Part shown: positions 23,201 through 39,140 of the stretch, one piece after another | Layout: the number at the start of each line of letters is the position of its first letter | How positions within the stretch are numbered: position 1 is the stretch's first letter | Source: Octopus vulgaris | Taxonomy: Eukaryota | Length of the DNA stretch: 64,000 nt | Assembly: GCA_951406725.2 (NCBI GenBank) | Contig: OX597832.1 | Span: forward strand, 4,030,001 to 4,094,000 | Direction of reading: 5' to 3' | The notes under the pieces: generated by a model | What the model saw: only the letters and a program-made list of their open reading frames with translations | Databases searched by the model: none | What the model was told of the DNA's origin: nothing | Translations under genes and position numbers: made by a program

Positions 23201-24214
23201 TTCAAGAGCACTATCAATCACAGCTTTGGTAATGTTGGATATCACCTCATCTTTATCTTGGAAATAAGTGAGTAGCCACCCAGTCTCCTGACTGTAGCAA
23301 CCAGCAGCACCACTCCATCAGCATGTGATGAAAGAAAAGTAATGGTTCTGAAGAAAAATACTCAACCACATAACTACAAACACCAGGAACTCTCTTAACT
23401 CAAAAAGTCTTGTCACTTTGTTAGTGATGGGCTTGAACTCTCTCAAGAAGAACTTAAATTAATCTCAAAGAAAAACCATACAAACGCATACACACAAGGT
23501 GGTAATGATTTGAGGAAGTTGCAGTCTCTTTACTCATAGCTGGTCTTGCTTCATAAAACTTGATATCAAAAATATAACTGTATTTTAGTAAGATAAATAT
23601 CTAAAATAGAAATGTATTTTAAGATATTAATAACTGACTTTGGTTTAACTTATAATGTTTAACAATCATTTATGTCTTACCTTTGAATACTTTCATAAAC
23701 TATGGATATATTGCATGTTATGCAACATGAAAAAAATGAAAAGAAAATATATACATAAATGTTATTTTAGCAGTTTAAATTTTTAATATAGTTTTATAAA
23801 GAAGAGTAAATATAGACACGTCAGTAATAATTCAAAGATTATTTAAAATTGACTTTCTTCTTTATTATTATTCCAATATTCACCGCATAAAAAAATATTT
23901 ACGTGGTTACCTGATGGATGATGAAACTCTCAGATGCAGTACAATCAATGATCAGTCCAGCTTTTGAATATAACTATTAGAATCTACATTTTTGTACTGG
24001 GTTCCCTATTACTGAAAATGATTTTATTCCCCATATAAACATGTGGTTGACAAATTTGCTTTGTAGCCACATGGTCCTAGGGTTCAGTCCCACTGCACCC
24101 CACAAACTTTGTTATTTTCAACTACAGCACTGTTTTGACTAATACTGTGTGTATGAATTTGGTAGGTGGAAACTATTAAGTGGCAACCTATTCTGTATAC
24201 ATACACATATTATG

Positions 24215-24805
<591 letters not shown>

Positions 24806-27800
24806 AGATTAATGAATATCATACCAACAAATTATGTTAGACTTTTTTGTGTAAAGGTACTAATGCCATGCATTTAACAGATGGGGTTGTTAAGTTGAAC
24901 AATGCTAAAAAAACAATAACTGTTACAGAAGTTCTTTGTGTAAAGCTTTTCAGAAAAGAGAAAATGTTATTACTGCCCAACCATGGCATTTAAGAAACTA
25001 ATTAAAGGAATGAGCAGAAGGATTTTGTGTCCACTCCCCACTATCATGATATGATACTGCTCTTGTGGCAAGCAAACTTAAAGAGATCACATACACCCCA
25101 AACCGAACCCTCCAAAAAAGATAATGCCATCACAATGTGATCTAGTTTACATCCTTTCTTTTCTTCATGTAAGTGTTATCATCTAATTTTAAGTTAGATG
25201 ATACACATTTCTCCACAAACATAGGTATAGAAAGTATGGCCCTAATGACAGGATAGGGGGTTGTATTCAGCTCATCTTGGAAGCATTAGCTACTATAAAA
25301 GGCATCAGTAGGAATATTACTTGTCACATGGTGAAGCCTGTGCCAAATCTAGACAAATCAAGAATCAGGCCTCAACCTACTAGGAGTTGAAAGAGTGAAT
25401 ATAAATATAATAAGTCAGATGGTATTTATTGCACATTCTAAGAAAGCACAAGAATGATTGAATCTAGGATTATCCCCACTACTCTTAAAACAATAAACTA
25501 GTAGAAGAAAGTTACATAGAAAATATTACATGGTTTAAGCCCCTTCCTGCTTTTTTGGAATTAATGTAGTCTCAGATTATCCTGAAATTTTCTATAGGGC
25601 TTTGCAGAAGCATTGAACTCCTAGTAAGCATAGTAAAATCTTTAATGGGTATACAGAGAAGTTTGTGTATTCTACAATGCTTACTTTAGCTAGTAAGATA
25701 GCAACTGTTAACAACGATAAATTAAATAAGTTTAGTAATAAGGTGTGTACTTTTAATTTCCCTCTCTTAGCAACAGCAATAATACAAATGCAATATGCAG
25801 TGTCTCTTCAGATAGTAATCCTAATAGTATGTGTAACTATGGGGATCAAAATATATGCCATTTAAATAACCAATTGCTTAGAAATAATTTAGTTCATAAA
25901 TGTTCTGTTGAAACAGCAGATAAAGTTCATTATTGCAGAAGTGCCATGATATCTAAATTCAAATTTAGGTTTCATAATCATATACATCCCTTTTATAATA
26001 AAAGGAAAGCTCTGAGCATCTTCCAAACTAAATTTATCTTGGATCTCAAAAAGAGTAATAATGACTACTCAATTTTATGGTCAGTTATATCCATACATCA
26101 CTCCCATACACAGAAGGTGGCTGTAATTTATGCTCAATGGAAGCTCTTGAAATTTTCAGGTATAGATCAGCTTTAATTAACAAGCATAACAAATTATTAT
26201 GCTTGTTTCCAACAATTCAATAAAACTTTCTTAACTTCCATTCAACTAACATGTACCTAATTTTAACAGAGTCAGAGATAGCATTCTTATTCTTTGTGTT
26301 TCTCCAGCATTATAACAGGTGATTGTATAAAAAGTGTTATCTATATCTTAATAGCATCATGCTTAAATTTTTCCTGTATGATCAATAACTTATTTTTTAA
26401 TGATTTTATTTAATTTCAACCCTAATTAGTTTAATATCAGGCAATAACTCCTATGGTGGTCTTATAGCTTTAGTCTGTACTTTTATTCTTTTTATTACTT
26501 GTCCTCATTTATTACTTGTTTTCATTGTTTTAAATCTTATCACTATCTCCATATTCTCTTTATATTTTTATTCTTCCTATTTATTCTTCCTAAGAATATA
26601 GTAATAAACTGTATGGGGAGTGTGATGAGAAGGTTATAATAATAATACATGAAAGTATAAAATTTATATAAAATTTATTTTTTTGATATAAAATCATGCA
26701 GCAATATATGAATCTAATATAAAAATGCAAAAAATATTTATATGTACATACATAATTACTAACATGCATACACATATATGCATGTATAATACATACATGT
26801 ATATACATCAACATGCATATTAAGAAAATTATTTAAAATAATGAAAAGTAATACTTTGTAATAATTAATAAAAATTGTAGTAACTCCATGACTGCAATAG
26901 AAACAAGATTAAATTAAAATCGCCATCTGTATATCATACTAAATTTATATACACTGTTGAAAGGCATGATGCTATAATTTCATTTTAGAGAAAGTTTTCT
27001 TTTACACCTTGTTTTTTAAACATGTCTGTGAAGATAGATAGATGGACAGACAGATGGACAGACGGACAGACAGATGGACATATTAACTGAGGTGCTGAGT
27101 TGATACATTTGTGAATTAGTTGTAAATAAATTTATATGTATTGATTAATAAGCACACAAGGTGCCACACAGTTGGACTAAACCCAGAACCATGTGGTTGG
27201 TGAGCAAGCTACTTACCACACAGCCACTCCTGCACTTATATTGAACATTTTCCTGGATTCGTTCAGATAATTTTAATCTATGTGCATTAATGACATCAAG
27301 CCTTTTGGGGAATGCTATTTCAAATAGGCTAGCACTGTTTATTGGCTGTGAGGTTTATATTTTACCAGCTTAAGAATACAGAAAGTTAAGTATTGCTTCT
27401 ATGGAGTGTTGTTGTTGGTCAATGAATATCAACTTTAATTAAAATTTTATAATTACCAATTTCCAAGAGGTCACCCAACAATGCTCTTCAAGTGCAGCTG
27501 ATAACAGATGACAATCAAATCAAACAGGTATTTTATCCACATTAAACTGCAGCCACCAGCCCAATAATTTTGTCCACTTTTGCATAAACCTAGTTTGACA
27601 TTAATTTCTCATGTATTTCTTGAGCTTACAAAGCAATACATATCTGACATGATTTTTCAAAGACTCTATTTTAATTAAGACTTAATTATCTAGTATTTTC
27701 ACAGATGCCTATGTCCAATGATAGACATCTGGCTAAATGTTTCTGGAGATGTTTGACTCCAATAGAAGATCATATATTTAAATTTTTTACACTTCTTTAA

Positions 27801-27850
27801 CCACATTGATTAAGTTTGTTACGTAATTAATACAATGATTTTTTTTCCAG

Positions 27851-27964
27851 CCTCAAGAACTGAGACCAATTCCATTTTCTGAAAATGACACAAATTTTCC
27901 AGTGAATTTAGAGGAAATGCTAGACATTGAACCATGGACATTACCTGTAACGTGTCAGGGAAAT
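27851..27964 (+). CDS. ATP1B: Na+/K+-ATPase beta-subunit-like gene, internal coding exon
   Basis: ttttttccag acceptor and GTAAG donor, 114 nt, phase 0/0. PQELRPIPFSENDTNFPVNLEEMLDIEPWTLPVTCQGN contains the V.C.G motif and an NDT glycosylation sequon. Confidence 0.85.
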
Positions 27965-28117
27965 GTAAGTATTTATTATCATAACCACAAACATTCATAA
28001 GCAAATTAGTATAACCCTAATAAAATTACCTACAAGATACTATCTGGTCACTTGACTTTCTAGAAATACAAGCAAAACCTCTCTTATATTACAATCTACA
28101 ATCTTAAATAAGAACTG

Positions 28118-28240
28118 GCATGGCAAGAAGCTTGCTTCCCAGCCACATGGTTCCAGGTCCAATCGCACTGTATGGCACCTTGGGCAAGTGTCTTCTACTA
28201 TAGCCTCAGGCCAACATATATATATATATATATTACATAC

Positions 28241-28273
<33 letters not shown>

Positions 28274-28292
28274 CACACACATATATATATAT

Positions 28293-28363
<71 letters not shown>

Positions 28364-28995
28364 TGTATATATTCATGTTTGTGTGTGTCTGCGTTTATCC
28401 CCCTGCCATTACTTGACAACTGATGTTGGTGTGTTTTCGTCCTTCAAGCTTAGTGGTTCGGCAAAAGAGACCCATAGAATAAGTACTAGGCTTACAAAGA
28501 ATAAGTCCTGGAGTCGATTTGTTTGAGTCAATTTGTGCTCCAGCATGGTCACAGTCAAGTGACTGAAACAAGTAAAGAATAAAAGAATAAAAGAATACAA
28601 CTCTAGAAAAAAATGTACCTCAACAAAATTCCTTCTAACCCATGTGAGTATGGGAAGGTGAGGAGCTATATGAAACCTTGAGTAAGTGTTTTCTTTTATA
28701 GCCCTGGGCCAATCAAAGCCTTGTGAGTGGATTTGGTAGGTGGAAACTGAAAGAAGCCCATCATATGTGTGTGTGTCTTTGCATCTGTGTGTCCCCCATC
28801 ACCACTTGACAATGTTGTTGGTGTGTTTACATCCCCATAACTTAACAGTTCAGCAAAAGACAACAATAGAATAAGTACCAAGCTTTAAAAATAATAAAAA
28901 AGGCCTGGGGTCGATTTGTTTGTCTAAAACCCTTCAAGACAGTGCCCCAGCATGGCCACAGTCAAATGACTGAAACAAGTAAAAGATAAAAGATA
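28118..28995 (+). mobile_element. Two copies of the microsatellite-containing SINE
   Basis: Copies at about 28118-28595 and 28700-28995. Fragments also at about 24050-24185, 27155-27236, 34112-34190 and 45410-45630. Confidence 0.8.
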
Positions 28996-29627
28996 AGCAC
29001 ATACATTTATGCCAAACAACAACAGTTACAATTATTATAATAAACTAATGAATTTTAGATAACCTTTCAATTAACACATCATATTAACATGATATACTTT
29101 GTTTTACTGTAAAGAGCATTTCAAGTTGTTTTAATCCATCTCATTAGTTTCATGTCAAATCATCTCAACTTTCTTTGATGCTTTAGCATGTAAACTAATC
29201 ATATCTGGCTCAAATATTCTTCTTGTTTTATGTTCAAACCAGCCAGATCTGGTTTCTCACAACCACCCTACAATGTCATTCTAAAATTAAACAATCACAT
29301 CATCAATAACTTGAAGCTTAAAGATAATGCATGATTAATTTAAAACAATGTGAATGAATAAGTATTACATTTCATAGAAGAATCTGAATGCTAAAGGGTT
29401 AAATTGAAGTTTAGGCCTCACTCAAAGAGCATGTGACAGCAGATATAAGAAGATGAGATGAGAGACTGCTAAAGATATTCCAAACTGTACATCAGCTTCC
29501 TTGATTTTAAACCTAAATACTCTTTACATCATGACTAAGTATGGTTGCATGTATATAATAACTATTTAAATGTTTGTTTATTTTCTGAAATTATACTTCA
29601 TTTTGGGTTGTTTTATCTTTATTTTAG

Positions 29628-29855
29628 ACCCCAGTGGATCAAGATAATATGGGTGAAGTGATTTATAAACCTATGGCTGGTTTCCCTCTTTATTACTTTC
29701 CATACCATGGACAGGAAAATTACTTGTCCCCTCTGGTTTTCATCATGTTCAAAGGAATCAAAAGATCAATGGCTGTGACAATTACATGTTCAGTGTGGGC
29801 TTCCAACTTCAGAGAAGGATCCTATCAAACTACTTTTAGCTTACTTTTGGACTGA
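29628..29855 (+). CDS. ATP1B: Na+/K+-ATPase beta-subunit-like gene, terminal coding exon
   Basis: attttag acceptor. TPVDQDNMGEVIYKPMAGFPLYYFPYHGQENYLSPLVFIMF...ITCSVWASNF...FSLLLD* carries the diagnostic GFP.YYFPY...YL.PLV and C..WA.N motifs. TGA ends at 29855. Confidence 0.92.
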   Translation, partial: TPVDQDNMGEVIYKPMAGFPLYYFPYHGQENYLSPLVFIMFKGIKRSMAVTITCSVWASNFREGSYQTTFSLLLD

Positions 29856-32282
29856 AAAAAAAAATCATTGATTAAAAAAAAATGACTATCATAAACAAGA
29901 TTATCAAGGATCTATCAACTTTGCACCTGGTTTGCTATTCTAACAATAGCATTTCAAGTGTTCAAAACGCATCCATTCCAACTGTTTCTAATTTAGTACC
30001 ATGTAGTGTAAGCTTCTGTGACAACAAGAGATGTCAGAAAAGAGAGCAAAAACAGGTAAATTCTGGGCCATTTAACTCCTATTGAGACACACAGTGCCTC
30101 AACTTGACTAGTAACAAGTCTATTTATCAACTGGTATACCTGCAACATACTACTGGCATCTTGTTATACTTTAACCATAAAACCCTATCCAAGTATACCA
30201 TTATCTCATTGTTTCTCATTCCACTCCTTTTTCGGTGCCAATAGCTTTCTTATAACTGGAACTTTGCAATACATATGTTTGTTTTTGATTTTCTCATTCT
30301 TTTTGTTTCATTCTGACTTAATACACACATTTCCAAAAATTACATATATTAATTTTCATGCAATTACACACAACAGGATTTCTCTATAATTTTATTATTT
30401 TTTTCTCTCTATCAGATTTAAATAATCAAAGATATCAGTATCCTTTCAGTTGCTGGAATTCTTAGGGGATCAAAAGCCACTGAAAATCAGTTGACAGAAA
30501 GATGCTATCAATTATCATTTACATTTGGACACTATTCTGTTAATGATCTAGTCATTAAATAATTCTTTAATTCTTTAATTTATAAAGGCTAACAGCTAAT
30601 AAGTTTCAGAAAACTACGATATTATCAGAGGTTTTATTAGCATTTATTTGTTACTTTACCTAAGACAGTTGCTGAAATTTCCCTGCCATCACTACTGAGC
30701 TGCTCCATCCCATATGTCTGCAAAGCACTAAAGCTATACTTATACCATTACCTCTGGTGTTACTGGGATGCAAATCATTCATGAGATATGTATCATTTCA
30801 TCATAATATAATTGTCTATGCAAACCTTCCTAACATATGATATGAGTTCCCTAGTCATGTTCACAAGAATTAATAGCTGATGTCTAACACAAATATTACA
30901 GCTAACTCGAAAGGATAACATTGAAGCTACCACACATGACTTTTCCAACTTTTTATTCTCCACTGGTAATTGAAAAGAATTGTAGCGTAATAGAGCTCAA
31001 CCTAGTTTTCATGACATCAAACTTTCTCCATCTAGGATTACTCTGATACCAGATGTAAACATGATAATAAAAACAGATATCATGCATAGATCATACGTAT
31101 AATTAAATGCTAACATCCCTTATTAGTAATACTATTTATTGAGGGAAAGCAAACACAGTTTTCCCAGTCACTTCACATTTATTCATTACAATTAAAGTTC
31201 TGTTCTGTACCACAATATTGTTTTACTACATTAGTCAAACTCCCATTCTACTTATTTGCTCACACCAGTTATTCAATTTCACCGTCGTTAACCTTTCTCA
31301 ATCCTTTCATTTCCCTCCAATACTACCGATCTTCTCAGGTGACAAGTATTGCCATAATATAGAAAAATCGCTCAATTTTTATACCAGAAATAATACCAAA
31401 ATGTAGATCACAAAATGTAGATCACAAAAAGATATACATTCTATAGAAGCAAACAGCAAATGGCTGAGTAGATAAAGTGAACTACAATTCCAGAGTCTTC
31501 AGTTCTAATCTGCTTCACGCTTCTTTTATCTGTTTCTGAATAGGACACTTAATTCTACATGTCTTTCTTCATTGACCTAGCAATGAGGAAAATATATTTA
31601 TTTTATTCAGATGAAAATTTAATGACATGTAGCTAGAGTTAATTATTGACAAAATGAAACTTGTATTCAATACAGTAAACGTTTTCACAGAAGCATAATT
31701 TATATAGTAACACACTGTAATATATTTTTTACTACAATACAAGCTTATTGAGTCTGTAACAATGGATCTGTTTATAACTGAATGTAATACTTCATCAATC
31801 AAATACTTTTGAAAAATTTTGACAAATTTCACTTATTAGTCAATAGGCTTTCAACATTGTTCTTGCCTACAGCTCAGCTGTTTTAAAATATAAAGAACAA
31901 GAAGAAAATCTCATTGCTTTCTATAAACATCTTTAGGAATGTTTTCAAAACATTTAATAGAATGTTTTCATTACCCAAGCCATCCATAGTTTGGTGCCAA
32001 TACAATGTATTCTTATAATTTTTTTTTAATGTATTTTGAAATGAAAAAGAGAAAAGAAGATAATTATTTTAATCTTGGATTACCAAGAATATAGATCTTT
32101 AAACATTCAATAGCACTTTATTCTTGAACTAAGAAAGGTAAAAAAAAAATAGGCCTTGAATGACTGAACTGTTTTCTTACTCCTCATCAATACGTATACA
32201 AACATTCATATATATATGTATGTGTGTATACATATTTTATATATACATATATTATATATATGTATATATAATATATATAATT

Positions 32283-32357
<75 letters not shown>

Positions 32358-32390
32358 ATATATATATAATATATATATATTATATATATA

Positions 32391-32451
<61 letters not shown>

Positions 32452-32691
32452 TATTCAAATTAAAATCCAGAAAATGAAGAAGTAGCATTAATATAATTTT
32501 CTCCATTTTCTGGATTTTAATTTGAATATTTATAAACCAAGATTTATATTTAAACCTATCATTTTAGGAATATTACTATTCACAACAAAATAATAGGTAA
32601 CAAACCAGTAATTCATTGGATGTTTTTGATCCCTTAAGGTGGCTTTTTTAACCTCTATTTAAGTATATATACATATGTGTGTGTGTGTGTG

Positions 32692-32749
<58 letters not shown>

Positions 32750-33224
32750 TAGGTAGCTTGGGTAACTCCCAGGTGTTTCCTCTTTGAAGCACATCTGCTT
32801 ATTCCATTGTTACAATCACTATGTAGCCACAGTTGCTGCTGTATGTTAATTCAAAATGCATATTAAAATTGAGGATCATGGAAATATTATTTGCAGAGTT
32901 ATTGTATAACAAAACAGGGAATTAGAAATTTCGGGGTACTATTTATTTTCCGTTCCACATGTTTCATTTGTTAATAGAAATAACAGAGCTTTACTTGTCA
33001 TATAGGCATGTAAGGAAGTTCATCTAAGAAATTTGCCAGACAGAGAAAAAAAGATTATATTTTGGTATTATAAAATTTTTTTTCTCCCTGTTTGAAGAAT
33101 TTCTAATTGGAAATTTCTTACATGTGTATATGACATGTAGATAAAACGCTGTAATTCCTAATAGCAAATGAAACTTGTGTAATAGAGAATAAATAATACA
33201 AAAAAATTTCTATTTTCCTGTTAT

Positions 33225-33273
<49 letters not shown>

Positions 33274-33302
33274 GTATATGTATGTATGTATGTATGTATA
33301 TG

Positions 33303-33376
<74 letters not shown>

Positions 33377-33660
33377 CTGTGCAGAATCATTAGCCAACAG
33401 AGAAATACTTTGCAATATTTCTTCTGGCCCTTTACAATCTGAGTTTAAATACCATGGAAGCCATCTTTGCCTTTTATCTTTCTGAAGTTGATAGAATAAA
33501 GTGCTGGTTAAGTACTGGGGTTGATGACAATCAACCAATCCCGCCCCTCACAATTACTGGCTTCCTGCCTAAATTAGAAACAATACATATATATGTGTGC
33601 ATGTGTATGCATATATGTATACATATATGTATGTGTGTGTGTATATATATGTATGTATGC

Positions 33661-33697
<37 letters not shown>

Positions 33698-34079
33698 GAC
33701 AATATATTATATGTATATTATACACACATATGTATAATGTAAGTAAAGCTGACATAATGAAATAGGAGCTTTTATAGGCATATTCAAAAATGTTTCCTGT
33801 AAACGAACTTAAATTATACATGTATATATACAGACATATATATATATACCAACACACACACACACATATATGCACACATACACACACACACTCACACATA
33901 TAAATATATATAAATATATATATCATCATCATCATATATATATATATATATATATATCTCCAGGTTTTTGTTTACAAATGAACGAAAAAGTACTCAGTAT
34001 ATGTTGTAGATTTTATGCTTATTAGGAATCAGTTACTGATTCACTGATTCATTCCATTACTACACACACAAACATATAT

Positions 34080-34111
<32 letters not shown>

Positions 34112-34209
34112 AGTCCTGGGGTCAGATTGTTCAACTAAAGGTGGTGCTCCAGCATGGCTGCAGTCAAATGACTGTAACAAATAAAAGAGTATATCTATAT
34201 ATATATAAA

Positions 34210-34247
<38 letters not shown>

Positions 34248-35738
34248 GCACATTTATATTTCATATATTTAAATATATATATACATATATATATATACAC
34301 AGTTATATTTCATATATATATATATATATATATGCACATGCACACACATGCATGTCTATACATACATAAAAATGTACATATATATATATGTGAAAAAATA
34401 ACTTATATACTGTACACTTCCAAATTAATTTCTTTGAGCACTCTTATGTTTTCTTATATGTATATAAGTTTTGTGTTTATAATGTGGTACACTATGCATG
34501 TGTGTGTCATGTGCACACATACATGCATGTGTATGTTTGTGAGAAAGTGAGAGTATTTTGTGAATATACACAAATTTCGTACTACATATGTTTATACTGA
34601 GATCTATATTTCCATATTGCAGTCTGTATGTTTAAAACTTGACCAATAGATCCATCATATATTCGATATGCATACACAGCATTCTACTGTGTTCAGTGTT
34701 TCTGCATTGTGTTGTACAGTGTTACATTTTCAGTTGCATATTGTGAATATGGTCTTTGTGATCAAATTGTATAATCTATATTTATATCTATTTTGGTCTA
34801 TATTTCCACATTGGGGTTTTTTGTATGTTCACTTTATACTTTATATGTTTCTACTGTTATTTATATGTCCATTCTAAACTCAGTTTATCCTCTCTTTGGA
34901 TTAACTATTTATACTGTATACCCCCATTTCAACCTGTTTGTCAGCACTGTGGTCTCTACAGCCACACTGCATTCTGTGTGTCTCTCTTCTAGATGGTAGG
35001 TCTCATCCGTGATTTCACAGTACAGCCAAAAAGTTGTCAGTATGTCCTCAATTGTTACCTGTACTTCCCTTTACAAGTTACAAATTCATATCATTACCTA
35101 TATTTATACAAAACTATAAATCATAAATTCCGATTCTTAGAGAAGAGAATAACAACAAATCTCATTTTTAGAAAGCTTTACAACAAAATCATTGTCATAA
35201 ACTTTTGATAGTATGGAAGTATAGAGTGAATGAGGTTCCAAACTTATAGCTTAGATACTGTAACATTTAAAACAGATTATTTTACCCATGGTAGATAATC
35301 TGAGAAAAAGTTTGTCTTTCATTTACTTTATGATACAAAAGCTGGACACTTATGCAAGCCTTATGAGTCATAAGAATTTGGAAAGCATACAAACTTGGCA
35401 GTATACTTTGTTCCCCATGGGATGCCATTCTTTTTAGATATGCAATAAATAGTGTTCTCAGGTGATTCAGTTTGGAACTTTGAACTTCCAACAGTCTATA
35501 CTAAAGCATATTTTAACTCCAGACATTAATATCACCATTAAAATATTTATGAAATCAACTATGATCATACATTAGTATAGATTATCAGCTAGATTTTCAT
35601 CTAATATATCAAGGATTAACAACATCACTCTTTTTTACTTACTTTTTTCTTTCCGTGATAAAAATTTTAAATAAACAATGAGTTCTTTTGAAAATGAGAA
35701 CATAATTGTTTATTTTACTCATTCAAATTATATATATA

Positions 35739-35845
<107 letters not shown>

Positions 35846-36577
35846 TACCAGTTTGTATTAGTTTTTAATCAGAACTTTACAGAGCCAGAAATGACATTTT
35901 TTTCATAAAACTGAAAGACAAAAGCTAATAAATCTACTATTAAGATGAAGTAGATTACTTGTTAGAGTCAAGACATTGGACAACCAATTTCTCCTCTGAC
36001 TTTTTATTCCTAAAAAGAAAATGCATAAACTATTTGATGTTCTCAAATCTATAAAAGTAAATTTTGAGTCATAGAAAGTTATGAGGTAAGCTGACATATA
36101 TTTAATTGAGCACTTAAGATTTTTTTTTAATTATTGTTTTATTCATAAACACACACACACAGATGCAAAGGTATTTACCTCAAAATTTCTATATGGAATA
36201 ATTATTTCATTTAGAAATTAGTTTTGTACGTGACTTGTTGACATTATTAGCAGGCAGCTCTAATGATTTCTTTTCCCTGTATATTTAACTTGTCCAGACT
36301 TTCAACATTATTAGTTTTCTATTTTTCTGGGAATATTTCTATTTGTTTAATTATCAATAAATTGGAAATGCCATCATTCTAGTTCTAAATGTTTGTATAC
36401 AAAAAAAGAAAACAAGATTAGAAGAGAGAGAGAGAAATATGGGGAGAAAGATGTGAGAAATAAGTTCATTGTTTTAATGAATTAATCTATGAATTGGTCT
36501 ATCAGCATCTGGATTAAAATTGATTAAAGCCCACTGACTGAAACAAATAAAAAGATAAACACTGCTAGAGTATTTAA

Positions 36578-36800
36578 CCCTTTAGCATGCAAATTACTCT
36601 GTCAAATGTAATGCTTATTTATTCACATCGTTTTGTATAAATCATGAATTATCTCATAGCCTCAAGATTTCAATGATGTTATTGTTTATTTTTACAATGA
36701 CATTGTTGGAAAGGCATGAGATCTTGGATCTGACCAGTTTTAACATAAAAAAAAATTCAGAATATTTTGGTCAGATATGGCCTGTTTGAATGCTAAAGGA
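36578..36800. mobile_element. piggyBac-type MITE (TTAA target)
   Basis: TTAA-ccctttagcat ... atgctaaagga-TTAA. A second copy in opposite orientation lies at about 29179-29398. Confidence 0.75.
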
Positions 36801-37313
36801 TTAAATATTAAATATGCACTTTTTGCAATGATGGACACATGTAATAAACACCAACCAGTAGAGTTAGTCTAACACAGAACATGGGTTTCCATTCCTAGTA
36901 GTAGCCTTTTTGCTTTACTTACATCCATAATATTGTTTATAAAGTCATATTTGTACCCACGTAAATCTAGGGCACTGTGCCTGTGTTGAGAAAATAACAT
37001 TTACAACATATTCAATAATACTCAAAAATCATCCATCTTTCACAGAAATAAAAGATCTGTTTTTCTACTAAAATAATTGTAAGATTTTCAATGTTCACTG
37101 TAAGATAGCTAAACAGAAAGTATGAAACTGCCACTGGCAGAATGAATTCAAACAAATTATAAAATTTATGTTTTAATTTTCTATTTCTATCTTTTTTTTT
37201 CTTTTTTTTTTTTAGCAATTCTGAAATAAATAGTTTTCTTGCCTTTTGGATTCTCCAAAACAAGCAAAGCAATGGAAGTATAAAAATAACCTAACTACAT
37301 CTGTGTATGAGTA

Positions 37314-37386
<73 letters not shown>

Positions 37387-38467
37387 ATATGATATTGTTT
37401 GTGTTTTTATGCCTCTAACACATGTGTATGCTACTATATATGTCTGTCATGTATATGTGATCATTAAAGGAGGGTTAATTTCATTGGTGGATACAAAGTC
37501 AGCAGGTATTGCTTGACAATAAAATCTAAAATGTAGGGGGAAATTAAACCAAGATAAAATATATAAATAAATATATTTATATATTTATTTTTCACATAAC
37601 ACATTTCATTTTTGAATTGTCATCAAGTTAACACAGCTAATATATTTGATAATTATCTTTTTTGTCCAAAATTTTCACTTGTGTACTCCCTAAATAATAA
37701 TATCTGTTAAAACCAACTAAAAATGTTCAAAAGCTTGCCTTAAAAGGCAATAGTTTCTCTACATGCATAACTTGATGTTGTTATTTTTGGAACAATCTAA
37801 TTTATAGTTGAAGAACGTACATTTGGTGTAGGGGAAGTAATTCTATTGTTACTGTACTGCAGAATTGATCAAGAAAACTTCTCAACACTGTTTTGTTTTT
37901 TGTTTTTTGTTGTTGTTTTTTTTTTTATCCCAATATATAAATGTTTGATAAAAAGAAAATATGAAATAATACTCAGAATACCATAACATTTAATAAATAG
38001 ATTTGTACAGAAATAAATTTCAGATGATAGATTCTATAAAAAAACATGAAATAAAAGTAATAAATATTTGCCTTTCTTACAATTGTGTATATTTTGATGA
38101 ACTGAAAGTTTTATGATTATAATTGTTTTTGTTGTTGTTGTTGTTGTTGTTGCTGCTGCTTGAGGGCAAAGATTTTGCCACAAGCAGTAGCAAGTTGAAC
38201 TTTAATGTTCAATATATCCCTATTATAATTTCCAGTCAAACTAGATGTGATTTTCGTTTTTATTTCATTTTTTCAGTGGCAATTTTAAAATGTCACCAAT
38301 AAATTGGATAAATTCAGTTGAATATTTTCTCTAAAAAAATTATCTTATATTCGGTGAAATTACGTTTTCTTTTTTCCCTCCTTCTTTGAACAGTTTATTT
38401 TATTTTGTGAGTCAGCTTTAACTCTGTCAGTAACCATTTCCATCCTTCTAATATTGTTTATTATTAA

Positions 38468-38681
38468 GGCAGCAATCTGGCAGACTCATTAGCATGCTGG
38501 GCAAAATGCTTTGTGGCATTTTGTCCATCTTTATGTTCTGAGTTCAAATTCTGCCTAGGTTGACTTTACCTTTCATCCCTTTGGGGTCGATTAAATAAGT
38601 ACCAGATGAACACTGGGGGTTGATGTAACTGACTTATCCTCTCCCTGAAATTGCTGGCCTTGTGCCAAAATTTGAAACCAA
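38468..38681 (+). mobile_element. Meta-domain-like SINE, full length
   Basis: Same consensus. Other + copies at about 4425-4600, 33385-33583, 54272-54462 and 55810-56015. Confidence 0.8.
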
Positions 38682-39098
38682 TATTATTGTTTATGATCCT
38701 ACCCCTGTGCATGGTAATAATTTTATGACTGATTAAAGAAGAATTTATATGTGTAAAATTGTTTGTTACATTTTATCATTCCTGGCATTAATTATCAATT
38801 GTACTAGTAAAATTAATGTACGAATATGACTAAATTGGTCGAATCTACCTACTACTTACTATGATTTGGTTAACAACTTTTGAAGTGTATTAGATGATCA
38901 AGCACTCTTTATGTAATTATTTTGACATTTTGTGATAATTATTGCATACATACAATTGCAGATACACACACACTCACACACACACCTATACAGATGCATA
39001 TATATGTACGTGTGTGTGCGTGCATATATGTATATGTATATATGTTTGTGTGTGATCATCATCATCATTATCGTTTAACATCCACCTTCCATGCTGGC

Positions 39099-39140
<42 letters not shown>

